Below, one piece after another: positions 14,466 to 28,235 of a stretch of DNA of 64,000 nt. Source of the stretch: Camelus dromedarius (Eukaryota); contig NC_087436.1 of the NCBI RefSeq assembly GCF_036321535.1, positions 76,758,001-76,822,000 of the forward strand, written 5' to 3'. The notes beneath the pieces were generated by a model. That model was not told where the DNA came from and did no database searches. It saw nothing but the letters and a program-made list of their open reading frames with translations. Each line of letters starts with the position of its first letter. Positions within the stretch are counted from its first letter, which is position 1. Made by a program: the position numbers and the translations under genes.

Positions 14466-14791
14466 GGTAAATCACATAATGAATACAGGGCATATGTTAT
14501 TCCAAATTTCAGGCATGACATTTTGTTTTCTTAAAGTGTCAAATTAAGATACACAGAAATTCAGATTAACTCTCTGAAGTAAAATAAACCAAAACAGATG
14601 CCTATGAGTAGGCTCTTAAGCAAAACAAAGATCATACAAGTCTAAAAAAGTCACAGTTTTCAATCTCCAGGACAAAGACATTTCTAAACCCATTCAAATA
14701 AATATAATAATATGATGACTTAAAATCATGATGGAGGTCCTTTCCATTTCAGTATTCAGTGAATCCCCTGAGTCTCCCTCAAACTACATGC

Positions 14792-14898
14792 AAGAAAGGA
14801 AGGAAAGAAAGAAGGAAGGAAAGAAGGAAAGAAGGAAAGAAGGAAGGAAGGAAGGAAGGAAGGAAGGAAGGAAGGAAGGAAGGAAGGAAGGAAAGAAA
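14792..14898. repeat. (GGAA)n/(GAAA)n polypurine microsatellite
   Basis: About 107 bp of pure purine; explains the KEGR repeats in ORF 14728..14946. Confidence 0.97.
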
Positions 14899-17800
14899 CT
14901 GTCCTTGGATGTAACTCAGATCTTTAAATTAAAACAAAGTTTTTAATATAGGTATTAAAATACCTTCTGTACATGATTTAAACCCTTTGGATTTGGTCAT
15001 CATCCTTTCTTTGAGTCAGCAGTACTATTTCTTTCTATGACTTCTACTCTAGCTCTCCAGTATTTTTAGCAGGATGAATAGAGACTCTAAATCCATTGAC
15101 CATACTTTATGTTCAGAAAATATTATCCCTTAATAAACATCTGGCTAATATTTGAAAACTAGGGATATAAATCCTTTTAATATGAGTCACAGAATGAAAA
15201 TGTTTCAATTTAGGTATAAAAGGTATTTGAACATCATGAGAAAAACAGGAAGACAGAGGACACTTGCACACTTGGCACTCACAAACGGGATGAGAACAGA
15301 GGAGCTACAATGGGTGTGGTACGTGATCACGTGATGCTTACATGTCTGGGATGACTAAGAGCTGTCTGTTAAATAGAGGATGACAGGTAGTAATTATTCT
15401 AATGCAATATATTGTACACTAAACAAAGATGACTGGGATAAAGTGTCAAATGCAGGTCATTAATGATGACAAGGGCTGGATTCAGCTGCAGCAGCTGTCA
15501 CCGTCCCAGGTGGGTGACCATACTGGCATAATACCTATCTCTGCAGAGGTCCTTCCTGGGAAAGTGCAAGCCAATACAGAAGGTTAAAAAATACAAGTAA
15601 TAATATACACAGAAACATGCACATAAAATCGCAGTGTCCTCAATGCCCCAAGAGTTTACTTCTTGGTAGATTATATCTTTACAAGTCACTAACTCCCCAT
15701 GTAATGTAAATTAAAGATCTGATATCATCAAACTCCGAGTTCAAACTTTACCACCTGCCTGCTGTTTAACCTTTGTTAACGTCCTATACACATAAAGGAG
15801 AACCTACTTTTTATGAGGACTACAGTAAGAAAATGAATGTAACATAGCTGGCACATAGAAGGTATGGGATAAATTTTAGTTATCTCCTCAGTCACTGGAC
15901 AAATTGGCCAAGTCCAGACTAAACCACTTTCTGTTAGTGAACATGTATCATTCCTACAAAGTTTCACTGAAAATACATCAATTTGTAAATACTACAACTC
16001 ATGAATTATGGTCTGATATTTAGAAAATAAGAAACACAACTGATGACCATATTCAAAATTTTATGATCAGGAAAGGACTAGAACAGCTATCATATCAGTG
16101 CTGTCCTCTTTGAATATGCACGATTGCAACTCAGTTTATAAAACTAATAGAAAACTTTCATTCTTCAAAATTTGCCACTAAATATTCTTTATTTTATTCA
16201 GTATCTGTTCATATTCTTTTTAAATAAACAGTCATCCTAAGACTTTCTTTTGGATCATCAATCTAAGAAACAGTTGTAGAAAACAGCCAAAAATTCCTTT
16301 ATCATCATCTTCATTCACACTCTTTCTCTCATTTCTCCGTTACTCTCTTGCTGATTTATGAAACTCCCGCTGCTTTAGACGAAAAAGGCCACATCTCCTT
16401 TAGCTACACATCTACATCTCTTGAAGGAATTAAGCTGCTGAAAATAGCTGCAGCAAGTTAACAGCTTCAGAATTTTACAAACCAAAGCTAATATTTCTTC
16501 TTTCCCCTCCCTCTTTCCCTCTCTCCCTCTGCTGGTCCACCCTCCATTGCAGATTATTCAAAGAGTACTTCAGTTTTTGCATATTTCATATTATCAAAAA
16601 TGGCAAAGAATTGGAAAATAAGAATATATGCCAAGGAGAGGTTAGGATGCTAATTCTTGTTTAAAAAACATTAAAACAGATACTAGTTTTGATCCATAAG
16701 AAAGACAATATCCAATGTTAAAGTAGGAGGAAACGGATCCTCAGCCTCTAATATATGAGACACTTCAGAAATGGCTAAGATGTAGATTTATTCCCTATTA
16801 TTTTCCAACATATAGTTTGGAAGTAAATAGCTGAGCCACTGTCCCGGAGCAAATGTTAGCTCTTCTGCATTTTCTACCTGTACAAATCCTGCAAGGTTAA
16901 TTCAAATCTTTCTTCCTGTGTAAACTGTCATCTCACCTCCCCATCTGATGTGCTCTTCCCAGATAACACACACAGCAATTAATATCTAGACCATTCATTT
17001 GGAAATTAATTAGGCAACACTTCCACTACACACCTCTTGTTACTGCCTTGAACTGGTATTCAAATATTTCATTATTTTATTTTCTATATATATATTCTTG
17101 GTCCTTTGAATAGATTATACATTTATTGAAGACTATGTTCTAAATTTGGGGTCTCTAAGACTGCTTAAAATACTGGATGCACGAGAAAAAATGATTTTTA
17201 TTTTATAGCTCTCCCATCCTAATCCTAGCTCATTTTTTTTGAACTACCAATTGTCTCATGTGGAATTATAATTGTGGATATATATATATACACACACATG
17301 CATTTATATATATCATATACCATTCTTTGCAGTATTAGTATATAGTCTAGATTATCTGTAATATTTTTGTGTATATATTACCAAGAATTAATATAAAGCA
17401 AAATGATTATATTAATTCTTCAAAATACAGTATTTATCAAAAGCAGCACTATCATAGATTTCAAGGCCATACAATGGTAGAAAAATTGTATTAGAAATTA
17501 GGATCCATCCACTGGCTTTATTTTTTGTTTTTGTTTTTAACTGAATTTTGTTTGCTCTGCTTTGAGTTATAATTTTTAAGGCATTACTTTATCCCCTGCC
17601 CCAAATCATAAGTTTCTAGAAGGTAGAGACTATCTGGTCATCATTAAATTTTTTAAGTGTTTTTCTTTAGATAAAAGAGCCTATTGACAAGATTATGGTT
17701 TATCTTCCTCTCAGTGCAATTTTACTGAAAAACATTTCAACCAAAATTTTAGAAAAAACAAAAGCCAGAAATGTATTTAAATGCATGTTTTCCAACACAC

Positions 17801-19339
17801 CAAAAAGAAAAATTCTAGTATTAATAATTTTTAAATTCAAAGAGATATTCACCTGCAATCTTATAGACCATATGTTATAATTTCATTAATGCCATTAATT
17901 ATTTGTTTTTCCCCATTTCTTATTCCTAAAAAAACTTCAGAAACAAAGCAGTAAGTGGTTTACAAAGGATTAGAACTGTTTACTATAAATGTAATAACTT
18001 GAGCTTTAAAACAGTTTATATAGACATTGTTCTTACACCTTCAGTTACATAAACTGTCTTATCATTACTATTAATTTTGATATTAGTATTTGTATATGAG
18101 AGGGAGTACACAGAATGATACCTTGGAAATAAGAGAGACATGATTTCTTACAATTTGGTAAAAAGGTATTTTCTCAGCAAAATAACAACACCAACAACAG
18201 TAATAATGATAATGTTAGTGTGCCATGACATGAAAGTTTCTCAAGATAATTCACCAAAAAAAAGGATCAAAAACAGCTTTGTTACGAGAAACCCTGGCCT
18301 CCCCATGTGAAGTGGAAGGAACGTGAGGACCACTTACACTGTAGGCCATCAACCTGCAGATGTTCACTGCTGCAAGCTGGGGATTAGTTTTAAAAGTAAT
18401 GTCTGGCAGCCTGTTTGCCTCAGTGTTCACTAATGTACCCGAGAAGACACTTTAAAAACCATTTCAGTGGGCTTTTTAAAGGATGATTTTGGCACACTAT
18501 TTGCAGATAGATCAAAGGATAAATTTGACAAGTGGAATCAGTTACTCCATAGATCAAAATGAGAGCTCAAGCAAGAGAGAATAAATAAGGAATAAACAGT
18601 AAATTCAATTCAAATTTAACTGAAGTCGAAAATGAAGATGAAATATTCTGAGAACTAGATTTTAAGAGGGATTCTAAACAATAAATTATATGATCTGCCA
18701 ACAGTATGCTAAACTAAAAATTATGGCCCTTCTATAGTATATATGAATTTTGATATGAAGCACATTTGGAAAATATAATTTGGAATTGTGTCATAATCTT
18801 AGCCTCTGGATGGAAATCTTTTTAGTTTGATTTTAGAGATTAGAAGTAACAATCAATTTGAAAAGTTTTATATTAAGAGTAACTTGTTGATACATTTTCT
18901 ACCACTAATTATATTTTATTCCTTTTTTAAAGGAAAATACATGTTTATAATTGTTACTAAGCCTTGGCCCTTGTACAATATCTGTAGGTGCCCCTCAAAA
19001 ATCCACAGATAATTTTCTGACTCTAATATTTACAAAAAAAGTTATTAAAATACTTAACATTTACATTTTATTTATTTTATATTTAAATAGTCACTAGTAA
19101 TTCCTATGTTACATAATAGCTGACTAGAAATTCCCATTTCTAAGTTGGACTTTGCAATTTAATTTCATTGTTATAATTTTCTCAATTCATTCCAGGGGGC
19201 TAAAAATTGCAACTAAAACACTGAATTCTGAACAGTAGTGCATTTTCTATATAATTGGTCAATTAATTTTAAAATGTAAAGCAGAATTTAAATGGTATAC
19301 TACATTTTCCTTTAACTTATTTAAAGTTCAAAAGAACTT

Positions 19340-19530
19340 AACACCACTCACTCACCACCTATGTGTGTGACATTGGCATTATTTAGCCTTTCTGATCCTC
19401 AGCCACCTTACCCATAAAATGGGGATAAGGAAAGTGAGTTGTTTTGAGAATTACAATAACACATGTAAGGTCACTAGCACAGTGCCTGGCACACAGCTGT
19501 TGCTCTGGAGATTATGCTGGTTTTTATTAT
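19340..19530 (+). mobile_element. MIR SINE fragment
   Basis: cctcag...ataaaatggggataa...acatgtaagg..agcacagtgcctggcaca. Confidence 0.75.
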
Positions 19531-19759
19531 TGATGAAAATATTAATAATGATGGTAATGTATGTTGACTTCCTTAGAACTATGCTCAATTTCTTAGTTAA
19601 GTATCTTCTTCAAGTTTTGACTTTCCATATTGTCGCTCACAGTTTTGGATCCTACACTATCGTAATATCAATGTAATTATCTAAGGTACATGTTACATTG
19701 GGGTCTTTCTTGATTTTTTAGCTTTTCTTGTAAAAATGGAGTTTAAGAGTGCTCTTTGT

Positions 19760-20414
19760 CTTATGATCCTTCGTATTTCTGTGGCATCAGTTGTAACTTC
19801 TCCTTTTTCATTTCAGGTTTCATTGACTTGGGCCTTTTCTCTCTCTTTTTTTTTTTTGTTGATGAGTCTGGGTAAAAGACTATCAATTTTGTTTATCTTT
19901 TCAAAGAACCAGCTTTTAATTTCACTTATCTTTTCTATTGGGCTTTTTTTTTTTTTCAGTCTCCATTTCATTTATTTCTGCTCTAATCTTTATGATTTCT
20001 TTGTCTCCACAATCTTTGGGTTTTGTTTGTTCTTTTTTCTCTAGTTGCTTTAGGTGTAAGGTTAGGTTGATTATTAGAGATTTTTCTTGTGGCCTGAGGC
20101 AAGCGTGTATTGCTCTAAACTTCCCTCTTAGAACTGCTTTTGCTGTGTTCCATAGGTTTTGAATTGTCGTGTTTTCATATTCATTTATCTCTAGGTATTT
20201 TGATTTCTTCTTTGATTTCTTCAGGAATCCATTGATTGTTTAGTAGCATATTGTTTAGACTCCATGTGTTTGTATATTTTGCAGTTTTTTTCCTATAGTT
20301 GATTTCTAATCCTATAGTTTTTGTGGTCAGAAAAGATGCTTAAACATGATTTCAATGTTCTTAAATTTACTGAGGCTTGCTTTGTGGCCTAGCATGTGAT
20401 CTATCCTGGAGAAT
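19760..20414 (-). mobile_element. L1 ORF2 N-terminal fragment (end of endonuclease region), inverted
   Basis: Reverse complement encodes L1-like FSRIDHML, NTWSLNNML, SWFFEKINKID and NEKGEVTTDATEI motifs. Confidence 0.9.
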
Positions 20415-20885
20415 TTGAAAAGATAACATGCACCCAATATTCATAGCAGCACTATTTACAATAAGCCAAGACATGGAAACAACCTAAATGTCCATGGACA
20501 GATGACTGGATAAAGAAGATGTGGTATATATAAATAATGGAATATTACTCAGCCATAAAAAAGAATGAAATAATGCCATTTTTAGCAACATGAATGGACC
20601 TGGAGATTATCATATTAAGTGAAGTAATTCAGACAAAGAAGAATATTATATGATATCACTTATATATGGAATCTAAAAAAAAATGATACAAATGAACTTA
20701 TTTACAAGGCAGAAATAGATTCATAGATACAGCAAATAAGCTTATGATTACCAAAGGGAAAAGGGGTGATAAATTTGTATTTGGAATTAACATATATGCA
20801 CTACTGTATATAAAACAGACAAGGATCTACTGTATAGTACAGGGAACTATATTCAATATCTTGTAATAACCTATAATGGAAAAAA

Positions 20886-20921
<36 letters not shown>

Positions 20922-21003
20922 ATAACTGAATCACTTTGCTGTACACCTGAAATTAACACAACTACCAACTACATTTCAATCTTAAAAAATTAAAATAAAT
21001 AAA
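20415..21003 (+). mobile_element. L1 3' end (ORF2 C-terminus, 3'UTR, A-rich tail)
   Basis: ttcatagcagcactatttacaat..gccaagacatggaaacaacctaaatgtcca ... cactttgctgtacacctgaaa. Confidence 0.93.
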
Positions 21004-22832
21004 GATATAAAATGCATACTTCAATCTCTTGACCAAATATAAGTTCTACCAAAGTGAACTGAAAAATCAGTGCCTAAAATCCATGCAGATTAAACACATT
21101 GACAAGTAAAAGAAAATTAATATTCAATAAAAAAAAAAGACTGCTGTGCTTCCATGTTTTGCTAGATCCTTGTACTTCCCAATAACATGTTGCTACTTAT
21201 ATCCACTGTATTTATAATGAAATATTTATGATATACATTTGAAATAAGGATGGTCTAAAAATTTGTGGTTAAAATAATATTAATTAAGAATTTTTATATT
21301 TATAAATAATATCTAAAAATACTTTAACTGATCAAGAGTGGGATAATTCTATTATAAGAATAAAATTATGATCAAGCCATTTTCCTTAGAGAGTTAAGTT
21401 AAAATCATTCATTAAAGGCTAGAGGTCACCACAAATGTTATTTGTCATCCAGTTAGCTGTAGGGAAAAAGACCACTTAATAAAAGGAATGTATTTAGCTT
21501 ATTTAAATCAAAGTGATTGATTTTCATTTAACATTTGTCCACTACTATTTGCCCAAGGTGGAAAATCAATTTTAGAATGACCCAATGGGAGAACAGTTCC
21601 ATGTAGCTATATATATATATTTAATGACAGGAACACATTAGTACTTTACTGCTTATAACAGTATTAAATAAAAGAAACTCTGTGTTTAAATTATTTGCAG
21701 TTGTGACACAAGGCAGAAAATTGGAAAATATCAAAATGACAATGTACATAATCCAGTATCACACATTAATATTTCCTCTTTTTTTGAAAGAAGCAGCAAT
21801 AAATAGACAAGTTTTATTATACAAAGGCAGAAAACTGGCATAATATTTAAATATACTGCTTTCTTAAATCTGTATTCTCTTTACTTTCTTCCATGTGCAG
21901 TTATTTTCAAATTATTTAAAGCATAATAGTAGCAAAATATTCATTATGGATCTAGAATCATAGCATTGTTATAATTATTCTAGTGCAATTCAGAATATTG
22001 AGAGATATAGCCATTTTTAAATTCTTATAATAATTTGTAAAATGCTTATATGTATTTATTAATTATTGATGGTGTTACGACATGTCTAATTACTAAAAAA
22101 GTATGAATTACTTTAAACATACTTGTAAACAATGGACCAAACATTCTACCTACAGAAATTCTTTCATTCCTCAAAGGTTATTAAAGCCTACTGTCCGAGA
22201 GGCAATGTACAAGGTCCTGGTATCCTATTGAGCATAACAGAAAAAGTCCCATCTTCATAGAGCTGGCTTGGTTGGAATTAGATAAAAAATTTGAGATATC
22301 TTTGTGATCATTTATTTCTCTAAATACAAATGCTAGAACTGAGGATCAGAGAAATGAGGACATTTGCACCGGGCTTCAAGCTAATCATAGAATAGAGATC
22401 CCATGTCTTCTAACACTTGAATATAGTGATCTCACCAACACGTCACCAAGGGCTTTAGGAATCACTGTAATTCTGTCCCCCTCCCATTATGTACCTCCCT
22501 AACTTCCAGTTTCTTGCTCCAGCCTCGGCAACTACTTGCAATTCCTGGAATATACAAACTATTTCATCCCTCTTTGAGCCCTTGAACATGCTGTTCGTTT
22601 TGGAGCCCAGAACTGAGGTGGAGGTGGAAGTCTCAGTAGAAGGGGTTGAATTACATAACTTCTGAGGTCTTTTATGATGCCAAAATTCCATATTCCTCAC
22701 AGCTTATCAACTTTCTGTGGAATTTACTGCCACTTCTAAATATTATCTTTTATTTACAGATGCAAGCATAATTAAATTATTTAAATTATATATATATACA
22801 AATAATAGGGTAATATGCATGCATTCTGAATA

Positions 22833-23003
22833 CAGTTATCCCTCTGCCCTCTGTATCCACAGAGGATTGGTTCCAAGATCCTAGGGGATACCACAGTCCA
22901 CCGACACTCAAGTCCTTCATATAAAATGACGTAGCAATCGGTCCGCTCTACCCACGGTTTCCACATTGGTGGATTTGACCAATCGCAGGTTGAATTTCAA
23001 CTG
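22833..23003 (+). mobile_element. Short MER2-family Tigger MITE (internal-deletion derivative)
   Basis: ta|cagtt...aactg|ta termini with TA TSD; ggattggttccaaga, ctcaagtcc..atataaaatgacgtag. Confidence 0.8.
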
Positions 23004-23224
23004 TACATGCTAAAATAATTTACCGATACAGACATAGATACAAAATTGATCATTTTAGCCCCAAGAGAATCAGATTCAAAATCGAAAATTTTAAAAGTAT
23101 TTCTCAACCTGTATAAAAGCCCTAATTTAGTCAGTTATTGACTGAACAGGGAGAAGAATAAAGTGTTGCCCTGAACAAGGATGGCTTGGCATAATGGGGG
23201 CACTTACTGAACAGGAAATAAAGA

Positions 23225-23415
23225 AAAACTGGGTTTGAAACTTGGCTCTGTTATTTTTCAGCAACGTAACCTTCGCAGATTCACTAAATTTCTCTGAGTC
23301 TCATATTCTTTATCTGTAATATGGGAAGAAAATGACGCCTAACTCTTAACACTGAGTTGAACATACCTAACTAAACATACCTGATACATAGTAGGTGCTC
23401 AGTGACTGCTAGCAG
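23225..23415 (+). mobile_element. MIR SINE
   Basis: ctgggtttgaaa..ggctctg...tctctgagtctca..atctgtaatatggg...acatagtaggtgctca. Confidence 0.8.
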
Positions 23416-26400
23416 AAAGAGTCCTAAATATTTCCCATGAGAACAGTGTTCCCTCTTTCCTGAAGTTATGAGAGCCCTCAACAACCAAAATGCCCTGCTG
23501 CCACCCCCCATCAGACACAAAACACCCTCCCACACGTGCATGCATGCACATATGCATAAACACCTGCATTCAAGTCCATTTGTATTGCCACTATGAGCTT
23601 CAGTTATCTACCTAAACATTCCTAAGAAGCAAGGAAGACTCCTAGACCTCTGAAAAAGCAGAAAAAAAGGTTTGACTTTTTCTAGCTAATGAACCTAGGT
23701 TGTGTTAAAAAAAAAAGATGAGGTTTCTGTTGGAAAAAATAGTGTTATTTTATCCACAAAACCACTTGACCTCTTGACAATCCATCAGACCTTCTACATC
23801 ATAATTTTCATGTGATTCTTTTTGCAACTCATGATGAAAGATCTTATATAAAAGATAAAAACATTGATATAGGGCTAAACTCCACTCCTGTCCCAAATTT
23901 ATTTGAGAACCTTTCAAGAGCCTAATTCTAATTCCATTTGATTATGTTACTGCCCAGCTCCAAAACTTTACTGACTCTTCAAGGCCTATAAATTAAAATC
24001 TAAACTCTTGATACGTATAGATTTTTACATTACCTCTCCAGGAGTCATTGTGTGCAAAAGTAAGTAGGTTGATAAATAAACACTATTTCATTTTCATGTT
24101 TTATCTTATTTACATTTAAAGCTCATCATAAAAGGAAGAAAACACTGCTGTAAAGAGTAAATGTAATATACTCAAAACCAAATCTGTGATTTTAAATTTG
24201 TAGACAACAATATTCAAGTCACTGCCTATAACTTGCTACTGAATTCAGTTCACCATCATCAGAAGTAAGATATACATGTAAAAATTAAATTATTTTAGTG
24301 TGTTGTATATTTTCATTGCAGACCTTTTCATTGTGTCCAAATGCATAGAGAATATGAAATACAATTCTGAAATCAGATTTCTGAAGCTTTAAGCCTTATC
24401 TGCTTTTTGAAGATTTCCCCTAGAAGAATTGCTACCCATTTTTCCATAGCCTCCAAAGTCAACATACTCATAATTAATACAGTTAGTTACAATTCCACAT
24501 TGAAAAGTATGGTGGAATAGTAACATAGATTTAATAGTGAAGGGAGATTAACCTGACAAACATGAGTGGAACAGCAATAGCGCAGGTGGGGGTGAGGGGT
24601 GGGGAAAGAGCTTTAAGTAAAGACTGCTTAGTCATCTGAAAGTTCAATTTGTTTAATTCCAAATAATTAGGGACTCAATAGTGGAATATGAAACCAGAAA
24701 AACATATATTTTGTAGTTACTTAACACTTAATTCTCCTATTGCCTGCAGGTTTTTGAGAGGAATAATCTTTTCCCCATTCTTCATTTCTTTTTCCTTTTT
24801 ATTTGCTTCTTTCCCCCTTTCTGCTCCTGAGCTATTCTCCTTCTATTTTAGCCCATAATCTAGCATTTCCTCTTCAGTGAAGTATTTTGTATGCTGGTAA
24901 ACATGAAAGTAATATTATTCAGATTTACTGCTGTTGCTATACCTAGGAATTTTATCTGGATTTATTGTGACTTGTCTGTAATTCCTAACTGCCCTACAGT
25001 AACTGTCAAAAGGTGAAGGCCTGAATATTAACCCAGGGAAATCTTTGAAAGATATAAATGAAAATATTTATGTAAGATACACACACACAAGCACACCTCT
25101 TTCCTCCTTCCTAAACTTCTTATCATATAAACAGCATCTGATGTCAAAGCACGAACAGTATTAAGAGCTTAACTTCAGTAAAAATAACTCAGATTTAAAA
25201 CTCTTGGCAATTAAGATTAATGACAGACGTCACCTCCTCTTCCCCAGAGTAACACTTGCTCCCATCTCTTCAATGCCCAACTCCACTGACACTTCCATGC
25301 TCATTTCAGGCTGTGACAACTTGAGGTCCTGAAACTTTCATCCTGCTATCTGCTGCCTTTTGTATCTGACATGAACAAAGTAGACATTAGCAAATTTACA
25401 ACCAATAATAGCTCAGACAGCTGCCCTCCTTTAAACAGTTACTGGAAAGGGAACTAATCTAGTTAAGAGCATAGGACTAGTTCCTAATTTGGATTCAGGG
25501 GACAGATAAAGCCATCATACTTCTTCTGGAGGGTAGGAACTGAATTCAGTTGTCAGCCTTCTCACTGTTTGTTGAGAAGAGCCTGCATTTCTGTAAACTG
25601 GACTAATAAGACACTCAGAGCTAGCATAAGCCACACAGAGGCCTGCACAGAAGATGATAATGCAAGAGATTGACATTATAATGTATGATTTCACTGGGAT
25701 GAATACACATCTCACAAGAAGTCCAGTCACTGAAACCTTCTCTGAGATCAAATATGAAACAAAGATGAAATCTGCTTTAGAAAAAATAAGGATGCAACTG
25801 CAAGCATGAAAACAATAAACATATCCTGGTAAAGAAAATTAATAAAAATTACAAGCCTTCATCTATTCATCAGAATTCAACCCAAGGGAAAACAATGGTG
25901 TCAGGCTATTATAACACAGAAAATGTTCAATAGATTTAATTATAAATTAAAAATTAATCATCACCCCAAAGTGATAAATCTTAGCTCCATATAAATAATA
26001 TTTTTATGAACCAGCATCCTCAGTCACATCTTTATAAGAGATAATTCAAATTTGTCAAATTTAAGAACTGCTCTGATGTCTTAATTTTTTCAGTAGCTTA
26101 GTTTCAGGGTAGAGTCATGAAGACAAAATTGTAAGTCCTAATAACAAAAAGCTTTTAAGTTCTACAAAGTCAAATTGATGTACCTCTTAACAATCAGTAG
26201 AGTTTACTGCATAAATTCACCAATAGCTCATTTTTACTTTTACTTACAATAAAACTAAAAGGGACCCTGATACATACAGTTCTCACTGAATCAGTAGCTT
26301 CTGCACATAACAGGGAAGTATTGTGATTTGTTAGCATAGGACATCACACCCAGAACTAAAAAGTTAAGGTCCTGGGTCTGCTCACTGAGGTATGGTAACT

Positions 26401-28199
26401 ATGAGGTCTGCTGGGCCTCAGCTTAGATACATCAGGTGAAGGGTAGTGAGAATAACTAGAAGAAAAGATAAAATTTGAAAGCCATATATAGGGAATACGC
26501 TAGTCCAGTTAAGCACAGAGAATGTGGTGAAAACAGGACATCCAAGAAGAAAGTCCATGTAAGCTTCCAGAGACATGCAAGTAGAACTGAGAAGGGAGGG
26601 CAGAATTGTCTAAAAAGCATGTGTATAATGATGATAGCAAAGCAGTGAAAGTCAAGATGCTCCTAGAGAAAGTAAAATGAGAGAAAACATAAGATCAAGG
26701 GCTAAACCTTAGGCATCAACCAAAGTTAGGAGATAGGAGAAGGGAGGGAAATGAAAGAAAGGTAATTGGAGAGTAACTGCTCTTTACTCTCAACCTTTTA
26801 TCTGTATGTTACGTATATACGTGTGCTATTTGAATTTTTTATTGAAGTATGTTTTACAGATTTACTAACTCTGTTAGACAATTAAGATATGATATGAAAT
26901 GATATGTGTGTGTGTGTAATTACAAACCAAAATGTGCTTAATACTGGACAGGATTATGAAAAACATATCTAATATATATTATTTTCAGTACACTAACCTG
27001 CTTTTGAAGAAGCATTATGGAAATCTAAAGTTTAGGAAATTAGAACCATCTTTTCCCCCACATTTTCTAAGTGAAAAGAACTCTCTAAGGAGGGAGACAT
27101 GAGGTATATCACTGAATAAAATTACTGAAATGTCTGTAAACTCTACATCAACTTCATTAATTGAAAAAAAAAAGCATAAGGAGAAAAAAAATTCTTTGAA
27201 ATAAAAAAGTTAATTTTTAATCCAAAGTCAGATAAATAAAATGGTAAATAAGTGAAGGTCCACTGGCAGTCTTAGACGTAATTTTTTGCAAAGTTTGGAT
27301 AGTAAGTCATTTTTATTTTATACCTTAAAGGTACAACAGTTTCAAATTTCTCAAATGTCAGAGGCTGTGATCTGATTCAGAATGGAACTAATGGAGACTT
27401 TAAGATTACATGAAGCAATTTTAAAGATGATTTACTTAGAGCTTACAAGTGTATATTATAAAAATCACAGTGTTTTATTTTGAAATAAGGGAAATGAAAG
27501 CTATTTAGCGGAAAAGTCATTTATTTCTCCTTAAAAGTATAGATTTATATAATGTGTTAATATAAATTCATTTTTAAGAAGGGGCAATAAAAGCTTCCTA
27601 CTCAAGCCAATATCCTTAACTGAGTTATGAAGGTTTCCTTAAACCAAACTTATAAATGGGGGTCTGGTAGACACAAAGGCACCATCATTATGTACTCTGT
27701 TAAAATAAACTGTCTAGAAAATAATGCACTGTTTTTCCCTCCTTGGACTGCATCTTTTGAGCTCTCAGTTGAAAACTGAATATTTAATGTATGCAGACTA
27801 ATATAGATTTTTGCCAATTATTAGAAATTGTAAAGTGATATATTTAAAGAAATATAAATTTAATCTTCCGTAATTAAAATTACATGAAAGCTGTACAAAA
27901 AGTACTCAAAAACAGGGAAAAAAAGGGTTAAAATTCTGTTCGCTGATATTTCTGCTCCCAATTGGATGATTTAATTGATGTCCTCAAGGTGCCCTACATC
28001 AAAGTAGGATATTAAGCCTATGAAAATAATGTTTTTAGCCCTGGACAACCAATATTAGCTCTTGATATTTTAAAAGTAGCTTTTAGTATGCCAAAACTCA
28101 CTGATGACAAAAAAAAAAGTTATTTCTAAACTCAGTGCATTAAAGGATATTTACACTAACTTAATAAGTTTTGTTTCTTGATTATCAAAAGGTTGCTGA

Positions 28200-28235
28200 A
28201 AATGATTATAAATCAATAAAAAATGTTAAAAAAAA
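28200..28235 (+). mobile_element. 36-nt retro-insertion (extreme L1-type 3' end plus A tail)
   Basis: aaatgattataaatcaataaaaaatgttaaaaaaaa flanked by a perfect 13-bp TSD aaaaggttgctga (28187-28199, 28236-28248). Confidence 0.8.

Noticed and set aside
14728..14946. KEGR-repeat peptide ORF
   Set aside because: Translation of the GGAA microsatellite
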